Positions 35,780 to 47,539 of a stretch of DNA of 64,000 nt are shown in pieces. This DNA is from Diplonema japonicum. Taxonomy: Eukaryota > Protista > Euglenozoa: Diplonemea. A program made the translations under genes and the position numbers. The notes beneath the pieces were generated by a model. That model ran no database searches and was not told the origin of the DNA. It saw only the letters and a program-made list of their open reading frames with translations. The stretch spans positions 372,001 through 436,000 of the forward strand of contig OZ025674.1 in NCBI GenBank assembly GCA_964019335.1, read 5' to 3'. Within the stretch, counting starts at the first letter, position 1. The number at the start of each line of letters is the position of its first letter.

Positions 35780-38700
35780 AGAAGTCACAATGACTTTCAA
35801 AAACAAACAAATGAAGGATCTATATAATTTTTACAAAATAAAGTATAAAAAAGAAAAAGAGAAAAAAAAAAAAAAAAAAACAACACACACGACACGCGAA
35901 TTTAGATTTTCCACCAAAACACTTTTGTTCATGGACACTTGCAAATTTCATATCCACCAGAACGATTTTCAAATATTTATGCCCATCATCCACGCTTCTT
36001 TGATTTATTTCTTTGAGCTCTGTAGACCCAGCCTTAGTCAATCTTTCCCCCTTTTTTTTGCCTCAATCATTTCCTATCCAGCGCGCGAAAAAAGAAAAAA
36101 AAAAAAAAGAAAAAACGAAAATGCAAAAGGTACCATGAAACGTTGCCGTGTTAGTTGTTTTCTTATAAAAAAGATTTAAAAAAAAGAAGAAGAAAAAAAA
36201 AACATGTTCTTCCCCCCCCCCCCCCCAGGTGTTCTTCTGTGCTTCTGTTCCCTTCCCTTTTTCTCTATGTCTAAGACTACAGTGTAAGCACTTCTCAACA
36301 GCACCCGGGGTAAGCCGGGGTTGCAAAAGAAAAACACTGTATACCTATCCCCTCCTTGTTATTCTTCTCACTGAAGGGAAGAACCCCCTACCTATCCCTC
36401 TTTTATTTGGTGGTGAAAGCATTTAACCCAAACTGAACTCTTCTAACCCTTTTATTTTTTTTTTTTTTTTTTTTTTTTTTTTGGTTAGCTTATGGAGGAA
36501 AACAAAACAATACAAAAAAAAAAAAAAAAAAAAAAAAAATGCCCAGCCCTACAGGTAAAGAATTTTTTTCCCCCCTTCCCCCTTTCCCCTTCATTGTGAT
36601 CAATTTTCTCGCATTTTAAAAATAATTGGCTATTTTTTTTTTTAATTATTCTATGGCTGGTCTTTGCAAAGCGGCCCCACCACACCTGGTAAACACATCT
36701 GATTTATTATCAACGAAAGTAATGAGTCTAAATTGACGAGTTAAGTTATGGCTCAACTGGCGTAAAAAAATTAAGTAGTTTTATTGCTGGGGAAATGGGA
36801 GGGGGCTTTCTTTTTAAACTTTTACATTTCATCTTCTATGGAAGCACACTTCTTTCTTTTTTTTGAATTGGGCTTTTTTTTTTTTTTTTTTTCTTTCTCT
36901 CTTTCTTTTCTCTTTCTCTCGCCCCTATTTAAACTAAATTACCTAAACCAACAACAACAAAAAAGAACGGGAGAAAAAAAAAAGAGGGGCATGGTTCTTG
37001 CAGGAAAGGGTTCGACGAAGGGCTCCTTAAACTGGTACTTTTTTTTTTTTTTTTTTTTTTTGAACACCTACGATTTATTTCTCAGCGATGGCCCCAAGGC
37101 TTAAACCCCCTGACAGTGGTTTTAAACGACCTTACTGGGGGCCGTAAAAAAAGACCTGAAAGCCATCTGAGGGGGGAAAAAAAAAGGTGGTCTATTTCCC
37201 TTTTTTTTTTGATGGAACAAGTAAACAAATTTTTGAAAAGAATTGTTATTGCAAAAAGAGTAGAGGCAGTTTATCCGTTTGTCCCTACTGTAGGTGAAAA
37301 CGGCTTGCACAAACAAATGGCTGGCACAAACAATTTCAGAAAAGAAGAGAAAATGGAGGATTTTTTTTTCTTGAAGATGACTTTCTATGGGAAGCAAATC
37401 AAATGACTAGAATCACAGAAAAAGATTTCCCTTCCCTCCCTGTAATGGAGCTTGATCTCAAAATGACTAAAAGGGATATCCCACCTCCCCTTCTCTTTCT
37501 ATATATGTTTATTTTCTTTTTTTTTTTTTTTTTTTTTTTTTTTCGTTCTTTCTTTTTTTTTTTTTTTTTCGGTTTCCTCTGTTTCCAGAAATACATATCT
37601 ATTTTTCTCTCCCTACCGTGGTTTCTCTTTATTTCATTAGCCCCCCCCCCCCCCCCTATATCTATCTTATATTTTCCTTGTGGTTTCTGAGTCCGGGTTT
37701 TTTTTGCACATTGGTGACCAGCAGGTCGTAACCTCCTAGATTTTAGCAAAAAGAAAAAATGGGGGGGGGTGCAATGTTTCCTTCTTCCTTTTATTTCTCA
37801 ACAGGTTTAGCATCCCTTCCCTTTTGCACACTGAAAACTATATCGAATTTCTCTTTTTTTTTTTTTCCTTTTTTTTTTGTGTTCTACGGATCCTATTCTA
37901 TTTTAGGCGAAACCTTTTTTTGTTAAGGGTTTTTTTTAAAAAAAAAAAAAAGACGTTTCGTTTTCTTTTTTTTTTTTTTTTTTTTTTTCTCCTGATAACT
38001 CGAAATGCTCGATTTTTGAGTATCTTGTTTTACAACAAAAAAAGAAAGAAAAAAAAAAAAAAAGGGACTGTTGGATCTACCCTGCCCCAATCTCTACTCT
38101 CCCCCCCTTTTTTTTGCAGGGGGGGCTAGGTCTCAGGTGTGCTACCACTTTTCCTGAAAGGCAAGAAAAGAAAAGCTGACATCTTCTCATTTCAAATGAC
38201 TTTTTTTTTTTTTTTTTTTTTCCTCTTCATATTGCAGCACGCGATTAACGCATTCTGGGCCGCCGTTTATGTACTTTGGACATGTCCCTCGTCGCTCTGG
38301 CTGAAGGATAAATAAATGACGGGGCCCTCTCACCGTACATGGTGAGAGGAGAATGCTATGCCGACGTACTGAGGGATTGGTGTTGGCGCAGTCTCAGAAT
38401 CAGTATGTTATCGGTTGTTGTTGGTTGCTGTTCATTTCTGAATCTTCCCCCCACCCACCCTTCTCGTTCTTCCAAAAAATATCTTTTTTGGGCTGGATGA
38501 GGGAGGCACCATTAAGCAAGAACGAAAGAAGATTTAAAAAAAAAAAAAAATGTTATCTCTGGGGTGGTAAAAAAAAAGTGGATTCGCTTCAAGACACTTC
38601 GAGGTTTTACTTCATTTATTGTTGTTGGCACTGTGTTGCCAGCCTTAAGCACGCTGAAGTAGGTTCACAGTGAAGGAACTTTCCCCCTTCAGTTTTTTTG

Positions 38701-39894
38701 AAAGGGGGAGGGGGGGGGGGGGGGGGGTGTGAAGAAAAAAAAGGGGGGAGGGGTTTTGAACCCTCTCCCTTTTCATCTTTCTCGTCTCTTTTTTTTTTTT
38801 TTTTTCCCCGACAGTTGCCATGAGCTTCACCACTCACGAGGATTTAGCATGAAAAAGTAATAATGCCCTTTGAGTGCGTGAAGTAATTTCAGAAGAAATA
38901 GAGAAAATATATTTACTTACTTATACACTTTTACCTATACACACATTTTGTCCTGGCTGCCTTTTATAAACTAAAATCTGCGTGACATTCCCCTCCTCCC
39001 TCCCCCTTTTTTTTTTCTTGATAGCTAAAAGTCATATCCTTTCTTTAACTTTACTATTGTTTCCCCTCGGAACCCGAAAGATTTTTGAAAGTTTATTTTT
39101 TTTTTTTGTGTTTAGAAAAAAAAGAGGGGGGGGGGAAGAGAAAACAAGAAAAGGGGGAAGGATAGTGTATCGACTGTCGGTTATCCCCTAAACGCCCAGC
39201 GGACGTTTTTTGTCCTTATTTCAAATTTTGCATTTTTTCATAAAAGTACTTTTTTTCGAGCACGGCATATTTGTTCACGGTTTAAACAAAAGCGAGGTAC
39301 TTTGAGCTCAAAGTTTCTTCCACGAACGGTCGTTTCGATTTTAAAAAAAAAAAAAACAGCGGGACCTGAACCTTTCCATTCCAGGGTTCAAAATTTTGGC
39401 TTGGGTTGGTACTGGTAATGGGATAACGCGAGCAACTGGACGGACAACAACTTCTACGTTTAGGGGTAAGTTTTATTTTTTACTGCTGTTAGGAGAAGGG
39501 GGCAAACTATAACCGCAAGTTTTTGGATGGAAAATCCTCCTTTGCGTTATTAGATGTGAATCAAAAAGAAACTGCCCGGGGGAAGAGAAGTAACTTCGAT
39601 ACCCCTCCTCCTTTAAGTCTTATCACTCGATTCATGTTACAAAAAGAAGAGAGAAAACGCTTTTTTTTTTTTTTTTTTTTTTTGGCGATCCTGTCACATA
39701 CTGCAGGTTCCCTTCAAAGACATCTTTTTTTTTTTTTTGTCGGTCTTTCTGTTCCCAACTGAGACACACTTTGACAAAACAGCGAAAACGGTGGTTAAGG
39801 GGGGGGGGGGGGGGGGGGAAATGTTAGAAAAATGGGGATCTATAAAAGTTTTAGTTTTCTTTTTTTTTTTTTATTATTTTTTTTTTTTTGAAAA

Positions 39895-40040
39895 GGAGGC
39901 GCGCTCATGCAAGAAGGTGAGATCACTGCGATCCATTGGCAGCGACCACGTCGGTGTTTTAGATAGAAGGGCCCTGTTTGCGTCGGGGCGGACTGAGAGA
40001 AGATACCAGAAAGAAAGGATTGGAAGATATAAACGTCAGC
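39895..40040 (+). mobile_element. Short 3' relic of a fourth LINE lineage (D)
   Basis: Translates as CKKVRSLRSIG...RRALFAS, matching lineage B CKRVHTLRSIG...RRAIFAS. Confidence 0.6.
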
Positions 40041-40601
40041 TAGTCACTTCGCTTCTTATTGTAGTGAATCTTTTTTACATGTTAAAAAATGGTACTCTCG
40101 AACTACCACTTTTCAAGGTATATATATAAGGCATTATCGAGTGTTCAGGGAAACTGAAAGATTTATCGAAATTCATCGAAATAAATCGCGGAAAGCTATG
40201 TATCACATCATTTTTTTCTTTTTTGACACCTCAGCATCTCTCTCTTTTTTTTTTTTTTTTTTTTTTTTCTTTTTGTTGTTGTCATTGTCCCGTGTAGCGT
40301 AGCAAGAATAGGGAGGAGGGAGGAGGGGGAAAAAAAAAGGGAGGGGAAAAAAAGAACCCTCCCCCCCCCCCCCCCCCCGGTTTCATGAGCGTCCTGCTCT
40401 GTACCCTTCCCTCTTTTTTTTTTTCCCCTCCTGTTTTCTTGGGTGGACAAAATGTACACCGTTTTTATTGTTCTTTTTTTTTTTTGTTCCTTCCCCTCTC
40501 ATTCTTTTGATGCGCACATGCCTTGATTTCTTAAAACAAAGAATCAAGAAAAAGAACAGGGGATGTTTTTTTCTTCTTCTTTTTTTCTTCTTCTTTTTCT
40601 T

Positions 40602-40888
40602 TTTTTATAACTCCAGTCAGATTTTCAAGGGTGGGAGGGTGAATATAATATTTCACATTATTTCACGCTTCACTTTATTTTCACGGCAGATTTCAGGCTT
40701 GTTTTGTTTAGGAAGAAGACAGGGGCAGAAATGAAAATTACTTTGCGAGTGAATATAAAGTACTTTATATTCACGCTTGCCCTATTTTCACTGCACAGCA
40801 AGGGGTCGGGGGGCGCAAACACGGCATGTCGGCGCGGGGCTGAACAACGCAGGCCGGACCTGAAGCGAAGTCGATATGGAAGCTGCTG

Positions 40889-40960
<72 letters not shown>

Positions 40961-41128
40961 GCAAACACGGAAAAGGAATCACCTAAGTGGTTACCACGCA
41001 GGCCCCTTGTTTGGAAACCCCGGTTCGAATCTGGGAATCTCACTTTTTACGTCACTCAAGGATCTGGTCCTCTCTCAACAGTAGGAGACCCGCTTCGCTC
41101 GTGAAGTCATATACTCCTTATTTTCACT
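40602..41128. mobile_element. IR/hairpin element copy C (close to copy A, right part deleted, carries a retroposed insert)
   Basis: Near-identical to ~12575-12900, then jumps to a remnant of the CGCTTCGCTCGTGAAG hairpin. Confidence 0.8.
40814..40970 (+). mobile_element. Retroposed 64-nt insert + A71 tail with 11-bp target-site duplication
   Basis: CGCAAACACGG at 40814-40824 and 40960-40970. The empty site is visible in copy A near 12777-12787. Confidence 0.9.
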
Positions 41129-42176
41129 GTGAGAGTGGGAAAGGGGGGAAAAAAAAAAAAAAAAACGAGCAATTAAGATTTTCGATCACAGCCGGATTTA
41201 AAACCGAATTGCAGGCTGTCAATCGTAGTAGTTATTATAAAACTGTTGGGTCAAATTTAGCTTTTTTTTTTTTTTTTTTTTTTTCCCAAACCCTTCTTCT
41301 TTGTTCTCAAGTCCCGTTCGCTCGGTTGAAAAACTAGAAAAGAAAATTTCCTTCCCGCGCTTTTCATAGGTAAAAATTTAACCAAAGAAGCTTTTTTTTT
41401 TTTTTTCATGTTCAATCCGGATCTATGTAGAAGGGGTGGTCTTTTTTTTTTTAACACGAGATTTTTTTTACTTCCGGTGTTTTGGTGTTTTGTAATGGGC
41501 CGTCGTTACAAACTACCTCGTTTTCCTATCATAGTGTCTATTGGGTACTTTACCACGTTCTACCCCAGAAGTGAAAAATAAAGTGCTCCTGTATGTCTAA
41601 ATAGTGCGCCACAGACGATGGCAGGGAAAAGAGAGTTTCTTTCCTTTTTTTTTTTTTTTTCCCTTAAAGAAAAATGCCAGTTGTCATATTTAGTTGTACG
41701 CCCCTGTTTCAAAAAAAAAAAAAAAAAAAAAAAGAGGGAAATAGGCTTCCCCTTTCTGATCACTTTTTTTTTGTTGTTGTTCCAGTTTTTACGTAATAAT
41801 TTTTATCGAAAAAAAAAAATACACCCCCCCCCCAAATTTAACCACAAAAAAGGGGGGGGGGGGCAACCAAAAAGAAAGTTCTTTTTTTTGGAAAATATAT
41901 CTTTTATACCATGCTGTCAGAAACTATTGAATTATTATATCAGGGCATACAGGGAAGAAAAAAAGGGAAAAAAAGAAGACGAAAAACCGCGAACACGGCG
42001 CGCGAATTTGGATTTCCCCCTATTCTTTTTTTTCTTTTGTCAAATTCAGGTTGTAGCCAAACACTTTCTTACCGTGTACCTTGTAGTTTTCTCAAAAAAA
42101 AAAAAAAAAAAAAAAAAAGGGGAATATGTCCCTCTGATTATTGCAAAGCAGAGAGTAAAGCCGAAACAATTGACTA

Positions 42177-42207
<31 letters not shown>

Positions 42208-42799
42208 GTACTAGTTTAGTTGTAACTAGTTTTTCTATACTGAGTGTCTTTATTTATTTACTATTATTTTTTTTTTTTTCTATTCTTTATTTCAAAAAAA
42301 AAAAAAGAAAGAAAAAAAAAAAGAGGAAAAAAAAAAAGAAGAAGAATCCCCCTGCTCCTGTCAATGGCTCATTTTTTCTTACGGAAGAATAGAGCCACTT
42401 TCTTTACAAGCAAAAAAAAAGAAGAAAGAAAAAAAAAAATAAGGAAAGAAAAAAAAAAAAAAAACGAAGAAAAAAAAGAAAGAAATTTCAATACCCCGTA
42501 TCCTTCCTTGGCTCACAACATTATTTGAACATAAGAAAAAAAGAAGAAAAAAGGGGGGAAAGTAAAAAAAAAGAGGGGGAAATGAAGAAAAATAGCTACA
42601 GGTCATTATTTAACGGAATTGAAAGTTAAACAATGGCTCACTAGCCGGCGGGTAAGTAGTTTTATGTCATCCTTCGTGATTTGGTCACTCGCTGGTTCAT
42701 CCTTTCAAAAAAAAGAAAAACTGTAAAAAAGATTTTTTTTGAAGAACTTTTATGTGTAAATAATGAGGCTAGTGAAGAAACCACGAGGACGGATTTCTT

Positions 42800-42834
<35 letters not shown>

Positions 42835-43565
42835 CCGCACTGATGTGAACAGAAACTTTGTGTAATATATTACGCTTCAAAAAAAAAAAAAAAAAGTTTG
42901 GGTGTGCGATTAACAAGACAATGACAAATTACAGAATGCCCAAAAAAAGAGAAGAAAAAAAAAATAGTTCCATCACGCCTTGCCATCCCACCGTAGTAAT
43001 GAGTAGGGGGGGAGGGGGGGAGGAAGTCTTGGCAGGTACTACTACCTCCGGGTGAAAGATCAAGGGGTGGCATGAAATACCCCGGGATTGAGGAGGCTGA
43101 AGCCGGCCAGTGAAATGTGTTCCTCTTCCCTCCCCCCCCCCCTTTTTTTTTCCCCCACCATCTGTTAAAGACTTTTAAAAGAGGGGTTTTTTTTTGTTTC
43201 TAGGAGAACAAGGGAGCGCGTCATTCTAAGTTGGTTTTTTTTTTTTTTTTCTTTTTTTTTTCTCTCTCTCTTTTTTATTATAAAAAAAAAAAAGAGTTGC
43301 GCCCCGCTCTTGTCGAACAAGAAATCTATTGACTTTTTTTTTTTTGAAGCGTCCCAGCGCAAAGTCATAAGAGGCTATTTTTTTGTAGAGATTTCATAGT
43401 CTGAAAGAACACTGGTTGAAAGGCGTGAATGTTATATTCCAAGCAGACGGGTAAAGGAGGCAAAAGAAAAAAGAGAAAAGTTTAAAAAGTTTCCCCTCCA
43501 CCGTGATATCAAGTAATAGATCTTGTTGCCCCGTGTGAGAGAAGAGAAGAGAAGTTGTACGGGTG

Positions 43566-43597
<32 letters not shown>

Positions 43598-44750
43598 CTT
43601 TTTAGGAGGACATTTCCTCGCTGATGTTTTTTTATTTATTTTTTTTTTTTTGGGAATTATCGACCATTGATATTCCCTCCAATACTGTTAAACTATGAAG
43701 GGAAAAAAAAAAAAAAAAAAACAAAAAAAAATTAAAAAATAAAAAAAAGAAATCCCTACTGAAGAACGAAGAAAAGATTTTCGTTACAGCACAAAAAAAA
43801 TAAAAGAAAGTTACGAAATTTTAAAAAGAAAAAGAAGACGAGAAGTACATCTTTTGACGAGAATTTGGCGGAGAACACAAAAGGATTTTTTTTTTTATCG
43901 CCTACTTGACTTTACTTTACGCCCTGATGCAATAAAAGGGAGCTAACGTGTGAATGGGTGAAGTGGTCATGGATTGTTGTGTTTTTTTTTTTTTTCCTCA
44001 TTATTTCATTCAAAAAAAAGAGCACTATTAGTCACATCGGTTGGTTGTACGTTCTGGGTAGAAACCTGAAGAAGTTTAAAACCCGTTACACGTTGCCAGC
44101 GTATCCCTTTTGTCTTGACGTTAAAGAAGACGATTTTTTTTTTTTAAATAATTTTTTTTTGTTCTATTTAACAGTATCGTTTGGCTGACATCATTAGAAA
44201 GTCAAAAAAAAAAAAAATCAGCCAAAAAAGAAATATTTCCAAAAAAGAGAAAGAAAAGAAAAGAAAAAAAAAAAAAAAAACGAAAGAAGAAAATCTCTTA
44301 AAAATTAGTGTCAATTACCGCCAAAAAGCATTAAGTAACTCAGTCAATACTTTTGTGAGGTGCCAAAAATTTTGCCATTGAGAAGCTACCAACGTCCTGA
44401 CAGTTCTAAAAAAAGAAATACAAAAAAGAAGAAAAAAAAAAGAAAATATCTTGAGGCAAGCAAATTGAAAGAAGTGAGAAGGTGCTTTAAAGCAGCGTGT
44501 ATCGATTTCACCCCTTTTTTTTTTTTTTTTGCTTTATATATTTATAGTATAGCAGCAACACAACAATCCACCAACAAAAAAAAGAAAAAGAAAAAAGAAA
44601 AAAACAAGACAAAAAAAAAATGAAAGAACTGTCAAGACAACCCAATTCTAACAAAGGGTCAGGGTAGGGGGAGGGGCATAAGGAAAGAAGAAAAAAAGTT
44701 TAAAAAAAAAAGATTTTTTTTTTTAATAAAAAGAGACACGATGCTCTTAA

Positions 44751-45227
44751 AAAATAGCTATTTATTGCCAACATTATGAGTCATTATTTTTAACACCCGT
44801 TCCCCGAATTTTTTGCACGAGGGCCCTGCGGGCGCGAGAACAGAAAAAACGGTAACGAGTGTTAAATAATGGCTCATTTGGCGGCAAGTAAGTCGTTTTA
44901 TTTCACTCTTCGTCATTTGAGTCACTCACTCTTCACTGTTTTCACTGCTGTTTTTTTTTTCACGGGCTAGCTTATCTTTTTGGGGATTTCCCTAAGGCAA
45001 TCCGGGGTAGCTATTTCGCCGTGGCATTTAAAGGGAAAGTAAAGGCCTCAGATGGCTAAAAAGTTTTGTCAAGGGGTTGGGTACATTTTTTAAGTAACAA
45101 GACCCCCTTTTTTTTTTCACTCTGAAGCGCCATTTTCAAATCTCCTAATTTAACTGGTTAAATTATGGGCGAGAAGCGTTATATTATGAGGAGCCCCCTA
45201 GTGAAGAAAATGACGAAGAGTGAAATA
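44751..45227. mobile_element. Second hairpin + IR element family (mirror orientation)
   Basis: ~150 nt imperfect hairpin 44751-44900, then a perfect 20-bp IR 44899-44918 / 45208-45227. Diverged relatives near 42588-42800 and 36742-36787. Confidence 0.6.
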
Positions 45228-45348
45228 GAGAGTTTTTTTTTTTGCTGGAACAAGTAAACAAATTTTTGAAAAGAATTGTTATTGCAAAAAAGAGTAGAGG
45301 CAGCTTGTACTGTAGGTGAAAACGGCTTGCACAAACAATCAGCCGACT

Positions 45349-45383
<35 letters not shown>

Positions 45384-45922
45384 TTTTTTATCACCTGTTG
45401 TGCAGAAGGTCATCAAAAAAAAAAGGAAACTGTCGGAAAAATATCGACGCTGAAGGTTCTTTTTTTTTTTTTTTTTTTAAATATTTTTTTCTGAGGCGGG
45501 CCGTTGCTAACCACTTCGTTCCTATCATAGTGAATTTTCTTGATGGTCTATACCGCGAAGGCACTCTGAGTCATAGTGTGGCCTTACAATGCATTCAAGT
45601 AGCTCAGCTCCTGACACGCTGTACTTCTCTCAGATTTTCTTAAAAGTCTCAGACCGCATCTCTCTTTCTGTACCGTTCTGCGCCTCATAGTCTGTTTGTC
45701 CCAGATGCGGCTTTACGCTCAAATGAAGACTCACGGCGAAAGGTCTCATGGCGTTTTTCTTTTTTTTTTTTTTTTTTTTTTCTTGGTGGACTTTCGGTCT
45801 GGTATTATGATCGATTTTTTTTTTCCCCTCCTCTTTCCCCTCCCCTCTTATTTCTTTTTTTTTTTTGATTTTTTCTAATTCCCATCACATCCACAGAGAG
45901 AAGGGAGGGGGGGAAAAAGAAA

Positions 45923-47290
45923 ATGTCAGAAAACATCAAAAGCGAACAAACCATAAGCCACAAGGATAGGTTCAAGCGGAACACGGAAAAGCTTAACACC
46001 ACCGAGAAGCAAGAGGTGACACAAGAACTATCACAGGTTGAGAATGAGAAGCCTGAAGAAGAACCAGTCCGAGAACCTGTCTCCGCTCCTAAGGGTAGAA
46101 AGTCGCTAATGCAAAGCAACGATGACGAACCAGAGGAGGAGGCTGAGATGAGCATATGGAAAGCTGCCTTAGTAAGCATAGTGGCGGTCATCATAGCAAT
46201 CGACGATGAGTGGATCTGGATCCCGGGCAGCATTTACGGTTGCTTCTACTATCTGTACAAACGCGTCAGGAACTTCGGTGAGGAGGTGCTGTCGTGCCCT
46301 CCCGAGCCCCTCATTTCTGCTACCATAGCCGCGGGAAGCGCCACTGTTATATCACCCTCTATGGCACAGGTTACAAAGTCGCTTCTCGGTCAGCATGCGA
46401 AAGGCATCCGCACCACCGCGAAGGCTATGTTCTTATCACCTGGTGGTATTGTGTCCCCTTTTACATGGGGTCTCAGAATGACGTTCTTCACGTACTTCCT
46501 CCGCCATGCTATCGAGGACACGCACCAAGTGGAAGACGGATGGTACCACAGAACATCAAGCTTGCTTGCAGGTGGTGCTGTCGCAGAGATGGGCGCCAGG
46601 ACGATAGTTGCTCCGGCTGCAAAAATCGTCGATCAGACCAGGAAAACAGGCGAATCCCCATGGGCAGCATGCCGGTCGATATTTAAAGGAAAAGGCAGCA
46701 TTGGGTTCTGGCACGGGATGGCGCCTTACAGGGTGGAGGTCCCTCATATGGCGTTGTTACTGACCACGTACTCCATGCTGCGGGGGCAGGCTGCGAAACA
46801 CTTCACACATCAGAAAAACGAAACGTTCTCAGATGTTGTGTATCACATCCCAGTCGACTTGGTATGTGGGGGTGTGGCAGGGGCTGTTGCGCACACTGCT
46901 ACGCACGCCTGGCGTTGCTCCACAGAGGCTTCAAGGGGGAACGAGTCGCATTTTTCGCGTAGTTCTGTTCTCTCGACCTGTCCCTTGGTGGCCCGCCACT
47001 CTTCGATCCCTCTCATGCAGGCTCTTGCGTTGCGTGTTCCGCACACTGCTCTCATTTTCGGTATTTACGGGACTGTGCTTTCCTCCATTTCGTCGAAGTT
47101 CCCGCATGCTGGGACTACAGGATGGGGGGAGCATGACGTGCAGCGTGCGACGCAATATGGTGGAGGCATGCGGAACACGAAGGAGGAGGAACAGTCTTTC
47201 TGGGCATTCTTCGGGGTGCGTATCTCACAGCAGCAGACTTATGATGCGCATAGGTATAAGTCGAACAAGAACGACAAGACGGAAAACTAG
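45923..47290 (+). CDS. Divergent mitochondrial carrier (SLC25)-like protein with N-terminal extension
   Basis: Three-fold pattern with Gly/Ala-rich odd helices (AAGSA, AGGAVA, CGGVAGAVA) and a RSIFKGKGSIGFWHG matrix-helix motif. The Px[DE]xx[KR] signatures are degenerate. Confidence 0.65.
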   Translation: MSENIKSEQTISHKDRFKRNTEKLNTTEKQEVTQELSQVENEKPEEEPVREPVSAPKGRKSLMQSNDDEPEEEAEMSIWKAALVSIVAVIIAIDDEWIWIPGSIYGCFYYLYKRVRNFGEEVLSCPPEPLISATIAAGSATVISPSMAQVTKSLLGQHAKGIRTTAKAMFLSPGGIVSPFTWGLRMTFFTYFLRHAIEDTHQVEDGWYHRTSSLLAGGAVAEMGARTIVAPAAKIVDQTRKTGESPWAACRSIFKGKGSIGFWHGMAPYRVEVPHMALLLTTYSMLRGQAAKHFTHQKNETFSDVVYHIPVDLVCGGVAGAVAHTATHAWRCSTEASRGNESHFSRSSVLSTCPLVARHSSIPLMQALALRVPHTALIFGIYGTVLSSISSKFPHAGTTGWGEHDVQRATQYGGGMRNTKEEEQSFWAFFGVRISQQQTYDAHRYKSNKNDKTEN

Positions 47291-47333
47291 GTTTTTTTTT
47301 TTTTTTTCTCTCTTTTTTTTCTTCTTTTTTTCT

Positions 47334-47512
47334 TGTGGTCGGGAAAAGTACTCTCCATACCCGCTAGTGGGAGCCAATGAAGGGTGCTACTTGCCTGAAG
47401 AGATCAGCACTTGGAGGAGTCGCAAGATTAGGTCGAAACTGAGAGATACCTACTGACCATACCCCCTCCCTTTTTAGGGCATGCGGCCTTCGCTTTAGGG
47501 TTTGCATGTTAA
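47334..47512 (+). ncRNA. Repeat unit 1 with a permuted hammerhead ribozyme (core 47390-47440, predicted cleavage after C47421)
   Basis: CTGAAGA 47395-47401, stem II GATC/GGTC, GAAA 47435-47438, GTC 47419-47421 and stem I CTTGC/GCAAG. Confidence 0.75.
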
Positions 47513-47539
47513 TTTGAGTTTCTTTTTTTTTTTTTTTCA

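Noticed and set aside
38325-38352. Perfect hairpin CCTCTCACC-GTACAT-GGTGAGAGG as an ncRNA or terminator
   Set aside because: Single copy, no recognisable RNA family and no covariation support.
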